Shown piece after piece: positions 40,336 through 53,509 of a DNA stretch of 64,000 nt (positions within the stretch are counted from its first letter, which is position 1; every line of letters starts with the position of its first letter). The translations under genes and the position numbers were made by a program. The stretch lies in assembly GCA_053919585.1 (NCBI GenBank), contig CM132790.1, one strand, 5' to 3'. The notes beneath the pieces were generated by a model. The model saw nothing but the letters and a program-made list of their open reading frames with translations. It did not search any database and had not been told where the DNA came from. This stretch comes from Euprymna scolopes (lineage: Eukaryota).

Positions 40336-40943
40336 AACATTTAATATGAAAAGTCTACAATTTTTATTACAATCTAATAAGCTAAGTTGTTCTAACTACA
40401 CATAGCATTTGGATATAAAATATTCTCATACAAATTCCCATAAACATCTTGAACACTGAGTGCACCTATTTCATTTGAAAGCACACTTTCCGTAATAAAC
40501 AAAAAAAGATCCATCGAAGATTTACAAAAAAAAGTCATAGAAAACTGAAATTTCTTTTTATGCAGATCGATTATATCAAGGTTGAATCAAATCGAAAGGT
40601 TTATTCTGTGCTCCTTTAAAAACATGTGTTTTTTGTAAGGTAAATCCATATGAAATAAATCGCAGAGGCAACTTAAAAAAATCCAACTATAAAAACCTTG
40701 GCTTCCATGTTTTTCAGTAAGTTTTTTTCTATCTACTGTCAGTTACTACCCCGATTTTTAAAAACCTTCATAGAGTATTTCAACTTAGTTTTATACAACT
40801 TTTATGAGATAAATACAAAAAAAATATAAGATGCCACTGCTATCTAGCTATCAACGCTCCCACTATATGCATACAGCTACACGTATACACATTTTATGCA
40901 TTACATTTTATGCAGACAAGAAATACACTCTCACACGCACCCC

Positions 40944-41019
<76 letters not shown>

Positions 41020-41427
41020 GTACTTTTGAGTAGTTGAGCCAAATCCAGAGGTAATTACGCGAAAAAAATATTAATATGTGAGTTTTCCGAAAGAGCACTT
41101 TCAGATAGTTGGCGCAATTACCCGGGACTTAGCGCNNNNNNNNNNNNNNNNNNNNNNNNNNNNNNNNNNNNNNNNNNNNNNNNNNNNNNNNNNNNNNNNN
41201 NNNNNNNNNNNNNNNNNNNNNNNNNNNNNNNNNNNNNNNNNNNNNNNNNNNNNNNNNNNNNNNNNNNNNNNNNNNNNNNNNNNNCATAAATTAATATACG
41301 AAAGTATAAATATATGCGTAAACTGTACGTATTTACTTCAACAGTGCTCAATACGTATGTAGAGCAAGGAGTAAGGTATAAAATATATATGGCGATTAAG
41401 CTTAATCGGCATATATATTTTATAACT

Positions 41428-41491
<64 letters not shown>

Positions 41492-42336
41492 GTTATATTA
41501 ATTCCAAAGTGTTTACTTAAAGTAAATATTTTGGGTAATTAAGAACGATAATCTATTATATAATTATCCACTTAGTAACACGGTGATGTATCGTTCTTTC
41601 TCAGCTAGTAACATATTATGTTATCGTTGTTTTTTGATAACCTCTTCCTGGTTTGTTTCGTGGTGACTATGTTAACCTGACTTAATTTTATTTCCAGCGT
41701 AACATGTATATTATGCAATTCGACACAACTTAGACTTTATAATATTAGATTTCCTAAAACGTCGTTAAAGTAATATTTATACACACACACACATACACAC
41801 AAGCACAAACACAAGCACACACAGAGAGAGAAAAACGCACACATATTTATTATTTGCTATTTTATTTTGTACAAGAAAAAGATGTTCTCATAAACAATGC
41901 AATGGATAATATATCGTCACTCGAGAAAAAAGAGGAGAAAATAGGTGAAGGAGTTTCTTTACTATGAACGACCTTCTAAAATTTTAATAGTAAGACAGAG
42001 AGAGGGAGAAAACATGGATGGGGAGGAGGAAACATAGAACCACAATAAATGTGAGAGTGAGAGAGAAGGTACCACTCTTCTTTACATGAAATTCTGTTAT
42101 ACGGTATTTCATTTTGCAAATATAGAAGGATATAACAAAGTAAAATTACAAATATATTACCGGATAATTTCTATTAAAATATTTAAAAATGTATAAACAT
42201 TATACATGTATTCTTATGTCTATGCGTCTCCCGACTGTTACATAAATATATATCTGTATGCATATCTATTAATATAAACACGCTCGCACAGGCCCACCTA
42301 TATAAATATATATTAAAAATATTGGTTCAGTATGAC

Positions 42337-42381
<45 letters not shown>

Positions 42382-42537
42382 AAACTAAACGTCTGTGTGT
42401 GCATGTGTGTGTGTCTGGTCACGAATAGGCTCCTATATGGTTGACTATTTAAAAAAAAAAAAACTGATTACATATAATGATAGAAGATGTATCTAAACAC
42501 AGGAATTGGTATGGTTGATCTGGCAGAACGGTGGTTC

Positions 42538-42865
42538 ATAATAATTGTGGGGTCTGCGTTCGCGCCTGGCCCACAAAGTATAGAAATAAAAAAATGAAAA
42601 AAAAAAGTTTACAAGGGTTTTTGATATAGATGTACATAAGGATACTTTGCTAATTATGGTATAATAAAATTGTGGGGTCTGCGTTCGCGCGTATACTCCA
42701 TGGAAATATGGCACAAACTTTAACAAAGACTTTTCATATCTATTTACGTAAGTATACTTTGATAATTATGTTTCAGTTTGCAGAAATATCGTATAATAAA
42801 ACTATTGGGTGTTCATTCGCGCCTGACCTCCGTAGAATGCCACAAAGTTTAACAAGGTTTTCTAA
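42538..42865. repeat. Tandem repeat, about 3 diverged units of 122-131 bp
   Basis: aattgtggggtctgcgttcgcgc occurs at 42544 and 42668. The third unit has tataataaaactattgggtgttcattcgcgcctg...cacaaagtttaacaagg. Confidence 0.85.
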
Positions 42866-43844
42866 AAGGGGTGAGGGTCCACAATAACAGCTTAACTTTT
42901 ATCTTAATTCACGTTAGCTTTTATTTATTTTTTGAGTTGAATCATACTGTGTCGAATAAATTCACCTCATAAATTCACGTTCTTATTAAAGTGAAAGCCA
43001 AAAAAAGTCGGAACTTTAGACAATTCTCGACACAAATTTTGCATAACTCTGTTTTTTCCTTCTCCACTTGCACGTGGCACTTTTTCGAACCTAGATAAAT
43101 AGATAAATAATAAGTACGTTACTTGTTATGGTGTCAAAAGAGGGAAAATCCGGCTCACGTTATTACGTGTCATTTTAAAAACATTTACATTACCTTTTTA
43201 TTTATATTTATATATCTGTTTCAGCTTTTTTGTCAGTGTACTAGAAGGAATTCAGTTGATTACAACCATTTCTTCGTGTTCTTTACATCACAATAGTACA
43301 ACCCTGAATCAGACGGCGCAATACTACACCACTCCATACTGTAAAACGGAAGGGAAGCTGGTCTGCTTGAAAAGAGTGCCATTTTCTCCTTATTTATATT
43401 TATATCGATTATCTGCTTAAAAAAAACTTAAGTAATTATGTGTTTACTTTTTTTATACCCCATTTTGCTGTTTCGGATTATTTTACTAAAGTAAGTAAAG
43501 CTTCCTTATTTTTCAAAACTGTTTTTGTTTCTTTGTTTTTCGATATTTCGTCGATATTATCTAGTAAGAGTGTTTAGCAGAAAATCCAACAAACGACTAT
43601 CCGAAAAAATTAATATACAAGAAATAAATGTTATCATAGTCAATAAAAGTTCAGTGCATGTTGTTTTTTTAAAAGTTTTTAATGCTCTTTACTTGAAATA
43701 ATTTCAGCGACCCGAAATTAAAACGAAAGTTGAGGCGATAAATACTTAAATGAATTTTTATACAAACTACACATGCCATTATCGAATATTTCTCAAGCAC
43801 AAAATAACGGAAATTAAATATGTTTATAAATATTCCTTACGTTG

Positions 43845-44587
43845 ACGGAAACCTCTTACAATAGTTATCCGGAGAAATTGGTTGATAATATTATTTATAA
43901 TAAAGTTAAAGTTCACAATTCTCCTACATTTTTAGTCCCTTCCAAGTGTCCTGTTTATTTAAAAACTCCTTGGATTGGTGCCCCTGGTCAGTGTTTGGGT
44001 AGACCTGTTATCAAGTCTGTATCAATTTTTTTTCCCATCTGTTGCTCTTCGCTTGGTTTATCGTGTTAAGTCTGCATTTCCTTCAGTTATGAAGTATGGT
44101 TTACCGTACATCACAAATAGTAATGTGATTTATCAATTCAATTGTTAGTGGGCTGCTGTCTATGTAGGTCGAACCCGTTTACATTTGCAGACAAGAATAG
44201 ATCAACATGTTTCAGCAAGCATCAGACCAGGTAAGCCTCGTAATCCCCCGTTCACCTTGGAATCTGCTATTGGTCAGCACCTCGCTGAAAATCCAGCATG
44301 TTCCAATGCATATAAAATGGACTGGTTTAGGATTTTACACTGGGCCAACTCTTCGTATCACCTGAGGATGCTGGAGAAGGTCTCTATCCTCTCACACAGG
44401 CCCTCTCTCTGTCGAAAGAAGGAATTCGTAAAATTTTTGGACTTATTTGGGGATATCTTTTAAATGTTAACTTCCCCCCACATCCCACTTTGTACATACA
44501 TTTCATACAATTGTATGTATTCTACAACGTATAATTTACTCGTATTTTTTTCCTCGTAATCCCATTTGCCCTACATTTAATTATATA

Positions 44588-44623
<36 letters not shown>

Positions 44624-44780
44624 TTTTTCATTTCTTCATTCGTTATAATCTTATAAGTAATTCCCACTTAAGTCTTCGCTCTTGCGTGACATTTGTTTTA
44701 CACTTGATGGGAATTCAACGATTGACGCCTGATGAGCTTGTTGATAAAAGCGGCCCCTAGAGTCTCCCCGACCTTATTTA
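43845..44780 (+). mobile_element. Penelope-like element 3' part (Penelope/Poseidon-type GIY-YIG endonuclease and pseudo-LTR)
   Basis: NSYPEKLV, VYLKTPWIG, SNVIYQFNC*WAAVYVGRTRLHLQTRIDQH, ESAIGQHL and LRMLEKVSILSHRPSLCRKKEF. A decayed hammerhead-like ctgatga-gctt..aagc lies at 44729-44751. Confidence 0.9.
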
Positions 44781-44785
44781 AAGCG

Positions 44786-44840
<55 letters not shown>

Positions 44841-45749
44841 CCTGATTCGAATTTAAAACTAAAACCATTACATAGTTGTTTTGCGTTAAAATTGAAATCT
44901 TTAGCCAAAGTATTTAAAATAAATCGTTTTATTTGATCTTTTAAGCATAATGATTATTGGTAGGAATGTATATATTTTTGATAATAGAAATAAATGCATT
45001 TTTTATGTATATACCAAACAACGAAATATATAAATCTTCTTTCATATTTGCACAATTCCTTGTGCAATATGTAAGCTTTTAGAATTAATTTGGAAGTAAA
45101 CTACACCAGGTTCTTGTAGCATACTTTTCTGCATTTCATACTGTCTATTAGCCAATATAAAATGTTTACACTATTGACGGTAATATGGTAATAATACACA
45201 AATGTATGTTTGAATAGTTCGCACAATTTGTTTTCTTTGCACTATTATAACTCTTTCTCATGAGATATTTTCCCTGCCTACACTCTACTTAGATTTGCAG
45301 TTCAAGTTCTTCAGTGAAAAGAAAATATTTAAAAGCACGTCACATTTGATATTTTTATCCTAAGTTTTTAAATTGTAGTTATTTGTCGAAATCACGACTT
45401 TTAATTGATGTACCTTTTTTGTACATTGGATTTAAAACTACATCGCTAGATAACTTTGAAACGTGACCAGTCTAGCAATTGTTTTATGCATAAGCTGTAG
45501 GACTATATCTGGAAGCAAATTAAATTATTGCCCTTTTCGCTATAATTCACATGCGCAAAATTGAGTTCTATCGTTGTTATAATAGTATTTTTCTCTAATG
45601 ATTGTCGATACAGTCTCGTACCGGAGTGTATGTGTAGTAGTTCAGAAACATTCGTTACATCGATTTAGGTTCCTTCGATATATTTCTATTTCGTTCACTG
45701 TCTGATTCTCTCTTTCTTCCCCTCTCTTTATCTCCCTTTTCTCTCTCCT

Positions 45750-45833
<84 letters not shown>

Positions 45834-45962
45834 GCTGAACTGCGTACTGTGAAATGTTTGTGCTGTTCCGCGCAATGTAAACAGCTTTCTATTGTAATTG
45901 CTTGATCCACGGTATTTAAGGTGTGTCAAATCCTTAAGTAGGCAATTTGTTTCGTCAATAAA

Positions 45963-46990
45963 ATGGGTCGTAAAGGTGTCTTGAGTAGTTCTGAAAACAG
46001 TACTATTACAGAACGTCTAGCAAAAGGGAAGTCTACCCTCAAATATCGAATATGATTGAAAGATAAACCTTATCCCTGAGTGGCTTCCAGGCCTTGATAA
46101 GGGGTGACCACCGTGTAAAAAAAAAGGTAGCATCAAACTGTGAAGACATTTGTCAAAGACCCTATAAAGGGAAGTTAGAGAGCTGATAAAGGTAAATGCA
46201 GATTTTTTTTTTTAAACGTGAAGTTGTTAAGAATCCTGGGCAGATAAGTCGAGAAGTCTTTGACCAAGCCGAATTAGAGAATGTCTCAAAACGTACTCGA
46301 TGTCGCCTTCTGAAAGAAGTGGCAAAGTCTGTTAAGCCTGTGACAAAGTCTCATTAAAACAACATCACACAAAAAAATGATTTAAATGGGCAGATGACCA
46401 GATGAAAACGGATTTTCCAAAAAAGTTTGTTCATGGATTAAGTGCGTCTCAATTTCATGGTCCAGACAGCTGGGGAAAGGGATGGATTCTAGATGGACGA
46501 CATCGTCATCAGCGTTTTATGCGCCAACAAGGGATAATGATTTTGGCTGGGATTATTGGAGATACTTTAGTTTGCCCATGGAGAGTCGCAGAAGGCGTAA
46601 AAATAACGTCAAATATTACATAGCGTTTCTGAAGGCGCACTTTGAACCATGGTATAAGGAGAACGATTATTTTTATGCAGGATAATGCTTCCTCTCATGC
46701 AGCAAATATAAACAAAGATTAATTGCAACAACTGGGATTTACTGAGCTACGGAAGATGGAGTGGCCTGCGAATTCCAGATTTGAACCCAATTGAGAACCT
46801 TTGGAGTATCGTGAACCGACGCCTCTATGCAAGTGAACGCCATTTTAAGAGCAAAGATGCGTTGTGGGATGCTCTCCAAGAGGTGTCGCGGTGAATAACT
46901 GTTGACGTAATCAAAAATTTGACTAACTCTGTGGATGAACCTCTTTTACAAGTCATTCATAAAAAAGGACCGCATATTCCCTTCTCATTA
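45963..46990 (+). pseudogene. Tc1-like DD37E transposase pseudogene
   Basis: MGRKGVLSSSE.., KRTRCRLL, GPDSWGKGW, IMILAGII, FMQDNASSH and WPANS.DLNPIENLW. There are 37 residues between the second D and the E after restoring a 2-bp deletion near 46776. Confidence 0.88.
46064..46125 (+). mobile_element. Ultra-short retro-insert: CR1-type LINE 3' terminal stem-loop with an A tail
   Basis: 42/54 ungapped identity to the reverse complement of 57555-57608. It interrupts the transposase between ..IER and HQTVKTFV. Confidence 0.85.
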
Positions 46991-47307
46991 TGCCAACGTG
47001 AAATTGCTATGTAATTATTGTATTCCAAGCATTTTTCAGAGTTCATTTAATGTTTGAAATTTTTGTCAATAAACAAGTTATTGGTATGTTTTGTTTTTTC
47101 TTAACCTCGTTTATAACTTGACACTGAAATCTACAGATATAATTATCTTCTGCCATAGTTGTGTCTAATACTGATTTAAATACTTTTATTTTCTGATTGG
47201 AATAGCTGAATAGTATTGTAAGCACTTTCTAAATGTTTCATGGATTTTTATTCACTCGTTCCTTAAATATTAAAAAAAATGTAAACTCGTTAATAATTTG
47301 ATACGCA

Positions 47308-47378
<71 letters not shown>

Positions 47379-47382
<4 letters not shown>

Positions 47383-47454
47383 GTTGGTGCAAACATGTCG
47401 TTTTTTGACGTCCAACTAAATGTCAAAAACGAAATTACTTTTTCACCAACCTAA
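47379..47454. mobile_element. Made1-like palindromic MITE (Hsmar1/cecropia-type mariner TIRs)
   Basis: ttaggttggtgcaaa...aattactttttcaccaacctaa, 76 bp and self-complementary, beside (TA)n. Confidence 0.9.
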
Positions 47455-47524
47455 CATATTACCTTACTCGCGTCCCTCAAAATTATAATACCACTATTAT
47501 TTTACTAGTAGTAATGTTAATATT

Positions 47525-48237
47525 AAAAGAAAAAGTGAAGCATGCATAGTCCCTCGTGAGTACACAGTGAACGAGGCATTAAAAAAGTTCAGCATTCGCC
47601 CCTCTCCTATATTTAGCCCCAAAAGCACCCTGGATATATCAAATCCTGGGGAAATTAAACAAACGGTGCAGTTTTAGGCCTTAACATATGTATATTTGAG
47701 TTTCGCAAGATGCAAAAAAAAAAAAAAGAAATGACTAAGCTCATCATCCCTCCCCCGTTCAGTTCCAAAGTCCCAAAGGCTTTAATATTTTTAAATTTAA
47801 TTTCAGCACTATGCAAAACTGCTAAATAGATATACACAGGAAGTTTGAACAAATATGGTAAAATAGTCCCTAAAATGGAGTGTTTTGATTAGCACTTGAA
47901 GAGCCATGGAGCACACCCAAGTATTATTGCGAAGTATAGGCAAACAAAAGTATATAGAAATCAGTTAGTTACAACTTTTCACAAAGTTTTATGAAAATCC
48001 AAGACATCATGTTTTAAATCGACTTTTAGCCATTTTAAATCGAAATACACCGGTAGAGGGGTAACCGGAGTTTCCCGGAAACACTTTTCTGTAACGTGTT
48101 TACTCATTAATGTTTAATGTTTGTGCAAAATTTAAAAAATTCCAAGACGTAGTTATTGAAAAAGTGCGGGAAAACGCACAGACAACAGACAAGGGTGAAT
48201 GTAAATGTCCACTCTTTATTTGTCAGGGGACCAAATA
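47525..48237 (+). mobile_element. Probable non-autonomous Helitron/Helentron-type element
   Basis: The 3' part gtgcaaaattt...gaaaaag...acagacaacagacaagggtgaat...gtcc..ggggaccaaat resembles invertebrate HINE/DINE-like ends (from recall). The 5' boundary is uncertain. Confidence 0.45.
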
Positions 48238-48672
48238 TTGAGGAAAATAGGTAAAATTGAAGTAACCAAAAAATAAATAAAACAAATATAATCTTATTAA
48301 CTGATACTACAATAAGTATACAATTAATAGCATAAGTTATCAGATAATGTATCAGTAAAATAATTGTAACAGTGACATTTAGAATAGTGAAAATAATATG
48401 AAGGCTATTCTTAGCAGGAATGTAGGAGGGGGCAAGTATGTGTTGCTAATTATATCTCCATATAATATTAGGGAACTTTAATTGTCTCTGAAAGATATAT
48501 AACGAATGACAACCTCGCTCNNNNNNNNNNNNNNNNNNNNNNNNNNNNNNNNNNNNNNNNNNNNNNNNNNNNNNNNNNNNNNNNNNNNNNNNNNNNNNNN
48601 NNNNNNNNNNNNNNNNNNNNNNNNNNNNNNNNNNNNNNNNNNNNNNNNNNNNNNNNNNNNNNNNNNNNNNNN

Positions 48673-49330
48673 AATCAAAGTGTCTTACTCTACTATGCCA
48701 AACCTTCATCAAAAAATAATTAGTTCTAACAATAAAAAATTAATAAACTACAAAATACAATTATACAATATATAGCAGGCTGTAACTGTAGAAAAAAATA
48801 AATGTCCCGTACAAGGTTCATGTAAAATAAAAAATGTAGTCTATAGCTGCACAGTATCAAAACACCCAAATCTAAATGCATTTAATAGAAACCATAACTC
48901 AACCACCCGATTAAATAATAACACCAACTTTAACCAATCTACTAATCAAATACAAACCAACCCACCATAATCAACCGGAAAATAATTACACTAAACAAGA
49001 GGCAATATATTTTGGTTCCGCATCTGGCTTAATAAAACATTGAATTTCAACGCACAAATATTCATTTAAAAATCACTCCCTGTTAAACCAAACTACCTTA
49101 CCAAACATATTTGGCGACTCAAGGATAACAATATTTCTTTCAATTGGAAATGGCAAATAATAGGGTCTTATAAAGCATACAAACCAGGAGATAAATTCTG
49201 TGCACTATTTACAAAAGAGACCCTATTTTTAAATATGAAGATATAAAAAAAGAACCACTCTATTAAATGCAAGGGAAAAACTTATTTTCGCATGCAGTCA
49301 TAAACGTTGGTTTAAATTTAATAAATATAA
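48673..49330 (+). mobile_element. Penelope-like element C-terminal relic (probably Nematis-type)
   Basis: IKVSYSTMPNL..IISSNNKKL, GCNCRKK.KCPVQGSCKIKNVVY, HKYSFKN, HIWRLKD, KAYKPGDKFCAL and LLNAREKLIFACSHK. Confidence 0.85.
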
Positions 49331-50455
49331 ACCACTTATATCATTAAAAATGTTACTTATTAATATTCAATATTAAAATTAAACTATAACTTGACATACT
49401 TATTAATAAACATTTTTGATCATCAATATTATTGTTACTATTAATTGACCTGATATATCGACCATTATTATATATTATTAAAATATATTCATAACCTTCT
49501 GTAGCTTGAATTATCTGGTAGATGTGAGCTCTTTTTCATTCTGATCTATAATACATTTTCTTTGCAACAGCATTTGTTTTAAATTATTATCTTTTGTGTC
49601 TGAAAAAGAAGATATCATATTTAACGTTATAATATACTTACCATAAAATAGTAACTTTATTTTAGTATTATCATAAAAAATAGTTCCGAAATTTTTTAAC
49701 AGAACTCCTGCCCCACCCTAAAGGAATATAGCCAGCAATATTTGCTGATTTTTAAGACCTTTAATATATTTTTAATATTTTCCATATTTATATAAATCGT
49801 TTAAAGCTTTTATATAACCCTCTTCAGATATTTTTTTAGCTAAAGTTCTTTTTAGTTAAAAGTATTTAAGTTAAAGCTTGTTTCTCGGTGAAATGTTTAT
49901 GGAATTTTTTTATAATTTTATTTTGTTCAGCACAGCGCAAGTTTGCTTTTGAAAGATGTGTAAATATGGAACTGAATGTCTCCAATAGGAATGGTAAGAG
50001 TTTCATTTGATATGGTCAGTGATGAGGGTCCATTTGGAGAAGTCAGTATCTGGGGTAAATGTGAGGGATTTATGTATATTTTATGATTTTTTCCTTTTGA
50101 GGTTTGTGTGTTAGTGTGTGTGTATGTGGGTGTGTGTGTGTGTGTGTGTAAGGGTGAGTGGTTCTGGGTTGCGTGTGTCTATGGGTTAAAATATGTGATT
50201 TCTTATGTTTTTTCACATGTGCGTGTGTATTTGTGTGCTCGTGCCTGTATTTGGGTCTGTGCGTATAAGAGGGGGAAAAGATAGAGAAAGACACGCAAGT
50301 ATATGTGCGTATAATGTGTGTGTCTGTGTGCGTGGATGCATGTACCTGAGTGTGCTATGCTGCGTTAGCTTATGTGTTCCTATTTATTTGTCTCCCTGCA
50401 AGGGTCATGTAAGGCACAAGGTCGGCCCCAATATAACCATGCACCCACAAGCACG

Positions 50456-50510
<55 letters not shown>

Positions 50511-50900
50511 GAAAATAAATAATAAATATGAATAAGAAAAATAACTTATACACACATACACACATACGCTCATATATACTCCCGCACATATATACAGACA
50601 CACACACGCACATCCACACACACACACGCACGTATGTATATATATATATATGTGTGTATATATATTTATATATATACACACGCATTTATACATATATGTA
50701 TATTGATGAAAACTACCTTAGTGAAGAGAGATTTTCGAAATATACATATATGTATATATACATGAAATAGAAAATAAATGGTAAAGATACAAAACAATAA
50801 ATAAAAAATAAAAATAATGCAAAAACAAAATAATCAGACTATATATGTGTGTGTGTGTATACACCCACCTATATGCGCCCAATTATGCATTCACACACAC

Positions 50901-50955
<55 letters not shown>

Positions 50956-51224
50956 TATATATATATATATGTGTGTGTATATATTGATTAAAGTTGCCTT
51001 CGTCTAGAAGATTTTCTTTCATTAAATGTGCGTAGAAAAGTGCATTTTGTTTCTAGTTATTCATTCAGTTTATGGAATCGCTATTATATTGGACGCGAAA
51101 GTATGACTCGCGCAGGCTTCATGTATGTGAGTGCATGTTTGTGCTCCGTTTTACTGGTCTTGATTCGGTAGGGGAGTGCACACTTGCAAAAGCATGTGTA
51201 CGCGTATATGTGTTTGGTGTTTTT

Positions 51225-51260
<36 letters not shown>

Positions 51261-51261
51261 C

Positions 51262-51305
<44 letters not shown>

Positions 51306-53509
51306 TTATATTTAGATTTGTTTAACGAGTGAATTTGTTAATGCTTTTTTGTAATTGTGATGGTAAGTAAACGAAGTTGTCGTGTTTAAAATGGGCATTA
51401 TACGAAATCTTTCTCCCCTACATGTATGTAAGTGCTATAAAACATGTAGGTGTCTATTTTCTGCGATGTTATTGGTGGATTGATGCAAGGCTACTGTGGT
51501 ACTGAGGGTTTAAGTTGCGCCTATATATATAATCTTAACATTTTCCCGCTATACAAATAAAACTAAACCTTACTTAAATTAAAAGCCAGCATATTACCTA
51601 ACACATTGTACTTGTAAACAGCATGTTTTTACATGGATCTGTGAGATAAATATTGTAGGTTTACTTTTGTTCTTGTAAAAAAAAAATAAGTGAAAATTAT
51701 TTGGAATGAATTAGTTTTTCTAATTCAATGACCCCTTTTAACAAAGTAGAGTATGATTATATAAGCATATATGGCAGTTTATACAGAGTAGTTCCTATGT
51801 GGAAATAATTACGTTATCATTAAGAAAACGATGTATAAGGCCCGCGGTTTTGTAACGATAATGTGCATTCCTCTAACAACTTATTAAATATACCTAATTG
51901 TAGCAATTTTTTATTACATCCAAAGCATTTGTATAAAGCAGTAGTTATATATAAATTGAAAAAAACACCTCAGAAAAAAAATCTTACAGTGTGATTATGT
52001 AACTGCATATGCCAAAGATTTGTACGTATGCAGAGAAGTACTGTGCCGAAATAAAACATTATTCAGAAACGCATTTTAACATGGGTACGGCGTGTGTAAC
52101 GAATATGTACTTTGTTTCATCTACCAACTTATTAAAACAGTATTGTAAAACTTGAAGTTTTACAATAATGGCGCATCCTGTGCATAAACACGGGGAAGGA
52201 AGTGCTCAGTATATTCAGAAAATACTTAACATGTCACAATTTATGCATATTATTTGATTTACTTAAAATCAAGTTTCGTAATTGGTTTCGAATTTTCGAT
52301 AAAAATAGTACGAAAAGTAAGATGTAAACTGTAAAAATAGGTTCCTGTAGCATAGTTTACTGAAGAGTTCGCGGATTGAGTATGTAATTTGCACGAATTG
52401 CAATAAGTGACACAAAATGCCGTTGCAAATCTTTTTTTTTTTTTTTTATTAGAAAAGCTGAATTTTAGAACTGCATATTATCAAATACTTTATCGATTTC
52501 GCCACGAGTTCTTACCAGCGTTAAATAAAAATTTCTGTCTTATATTCAGTAAAGATTCTCGAGTTTTACATCAAGATTATCGGATCCGATACTATACCGA
52601 AATATGAAACGATAACCAAATTGTCCGTTGTATAATATAACGGCAATATAAATAACACTACTGTATACTGACAACTCATTCAAGCATAAGTAACACATAA
52701 ATGACATTAATTTTTAAGGTGTTTTTAGAAAAAAATATTATTTCATGCACTATTTCATATCTCCCAGTATGTTTTCAGAGCTAAGAGAGAAAATAACTTT
52801 GTATAATATATTAAACATTTACATATGCAACTCTTTCTGACCGCGAAATATCTAGTCTACATTTATATAGTCTACATTTAGCAAATAAATATATTTTGCT
52901 TATATGAGAGTAATTTAATCATTTACAAAGATTTGAAGAAAACGTTTTGCCGAATATCAAAAATAATATGATTAATACGAGCGTTTTCTTTAATATACAG
53001 AAATTACTGAATATTTAAAACTGAGGATTCACTCGAGCAACCAACTTTATTTCTAAAAGTAATCGTTGCTCGGAGAAATAATCTTCTAAATAGCCCATGG
53101 AATGTTTCTAAAATCGTTACAAATAAAAGAAAAATGATTTCGGATTGTTATAATGGAAATCGAAAATAATGTAGACATAACATAATTGCAATAAATTGTA
53201 TTCCTTTAAGATATATTTGAAGATGTGAAAGACAGTTTTGCTCCTAAAATATTCTCCTAATACAATAATCTCCATTCAGGTAGAGAGACGGTTCCAAGAA
53301 TGGAAAACATTTAAGGTTCGCCTTCAATCATTTCATCAGAATAAATGCACAACAAGAGAAATCNNNNNNNNNNNNNNNNNNNNNNNNNNNNNNNNNNNNN
53401 NNNNNNNNNNNNNNNNNNNNNNNNNNNNNNNNNNNNNNNNNNNNNNNNNNNNNNNNNNNNNNNNNNNNNNNNNNNNNNNNNNNNNNNNNNNNNNNNNNNN
53501 NNNNNNNNN

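Larger units (their letters stand above)
45831..47308 (+). mobile_element. Tc1-family transposon, DD37E (TRT-type), decayed; left TIR not recognisable
   Basis: Flanked by (TA)n on both sides. The right end cgttaataatttgatacgcag-TA looks like a TIR. It contains a transposase relic. Confidence 0.88.

Noticed and set aside
43225-43370. Possible terminal exon after ctgtttcag (FFVSVLEGIQLITT...)
   Set aside because: No recognisable protein and no partner exons; such acceptor-like sites are common in AT-rich DNA.
49041-49043. In-frame TGA in the PLE relic as a selenocysteine codon
   Set aside because: It sits at an expected Arg position (likely CGA>TGA decay), and the ORF has other stops and frameshifts.
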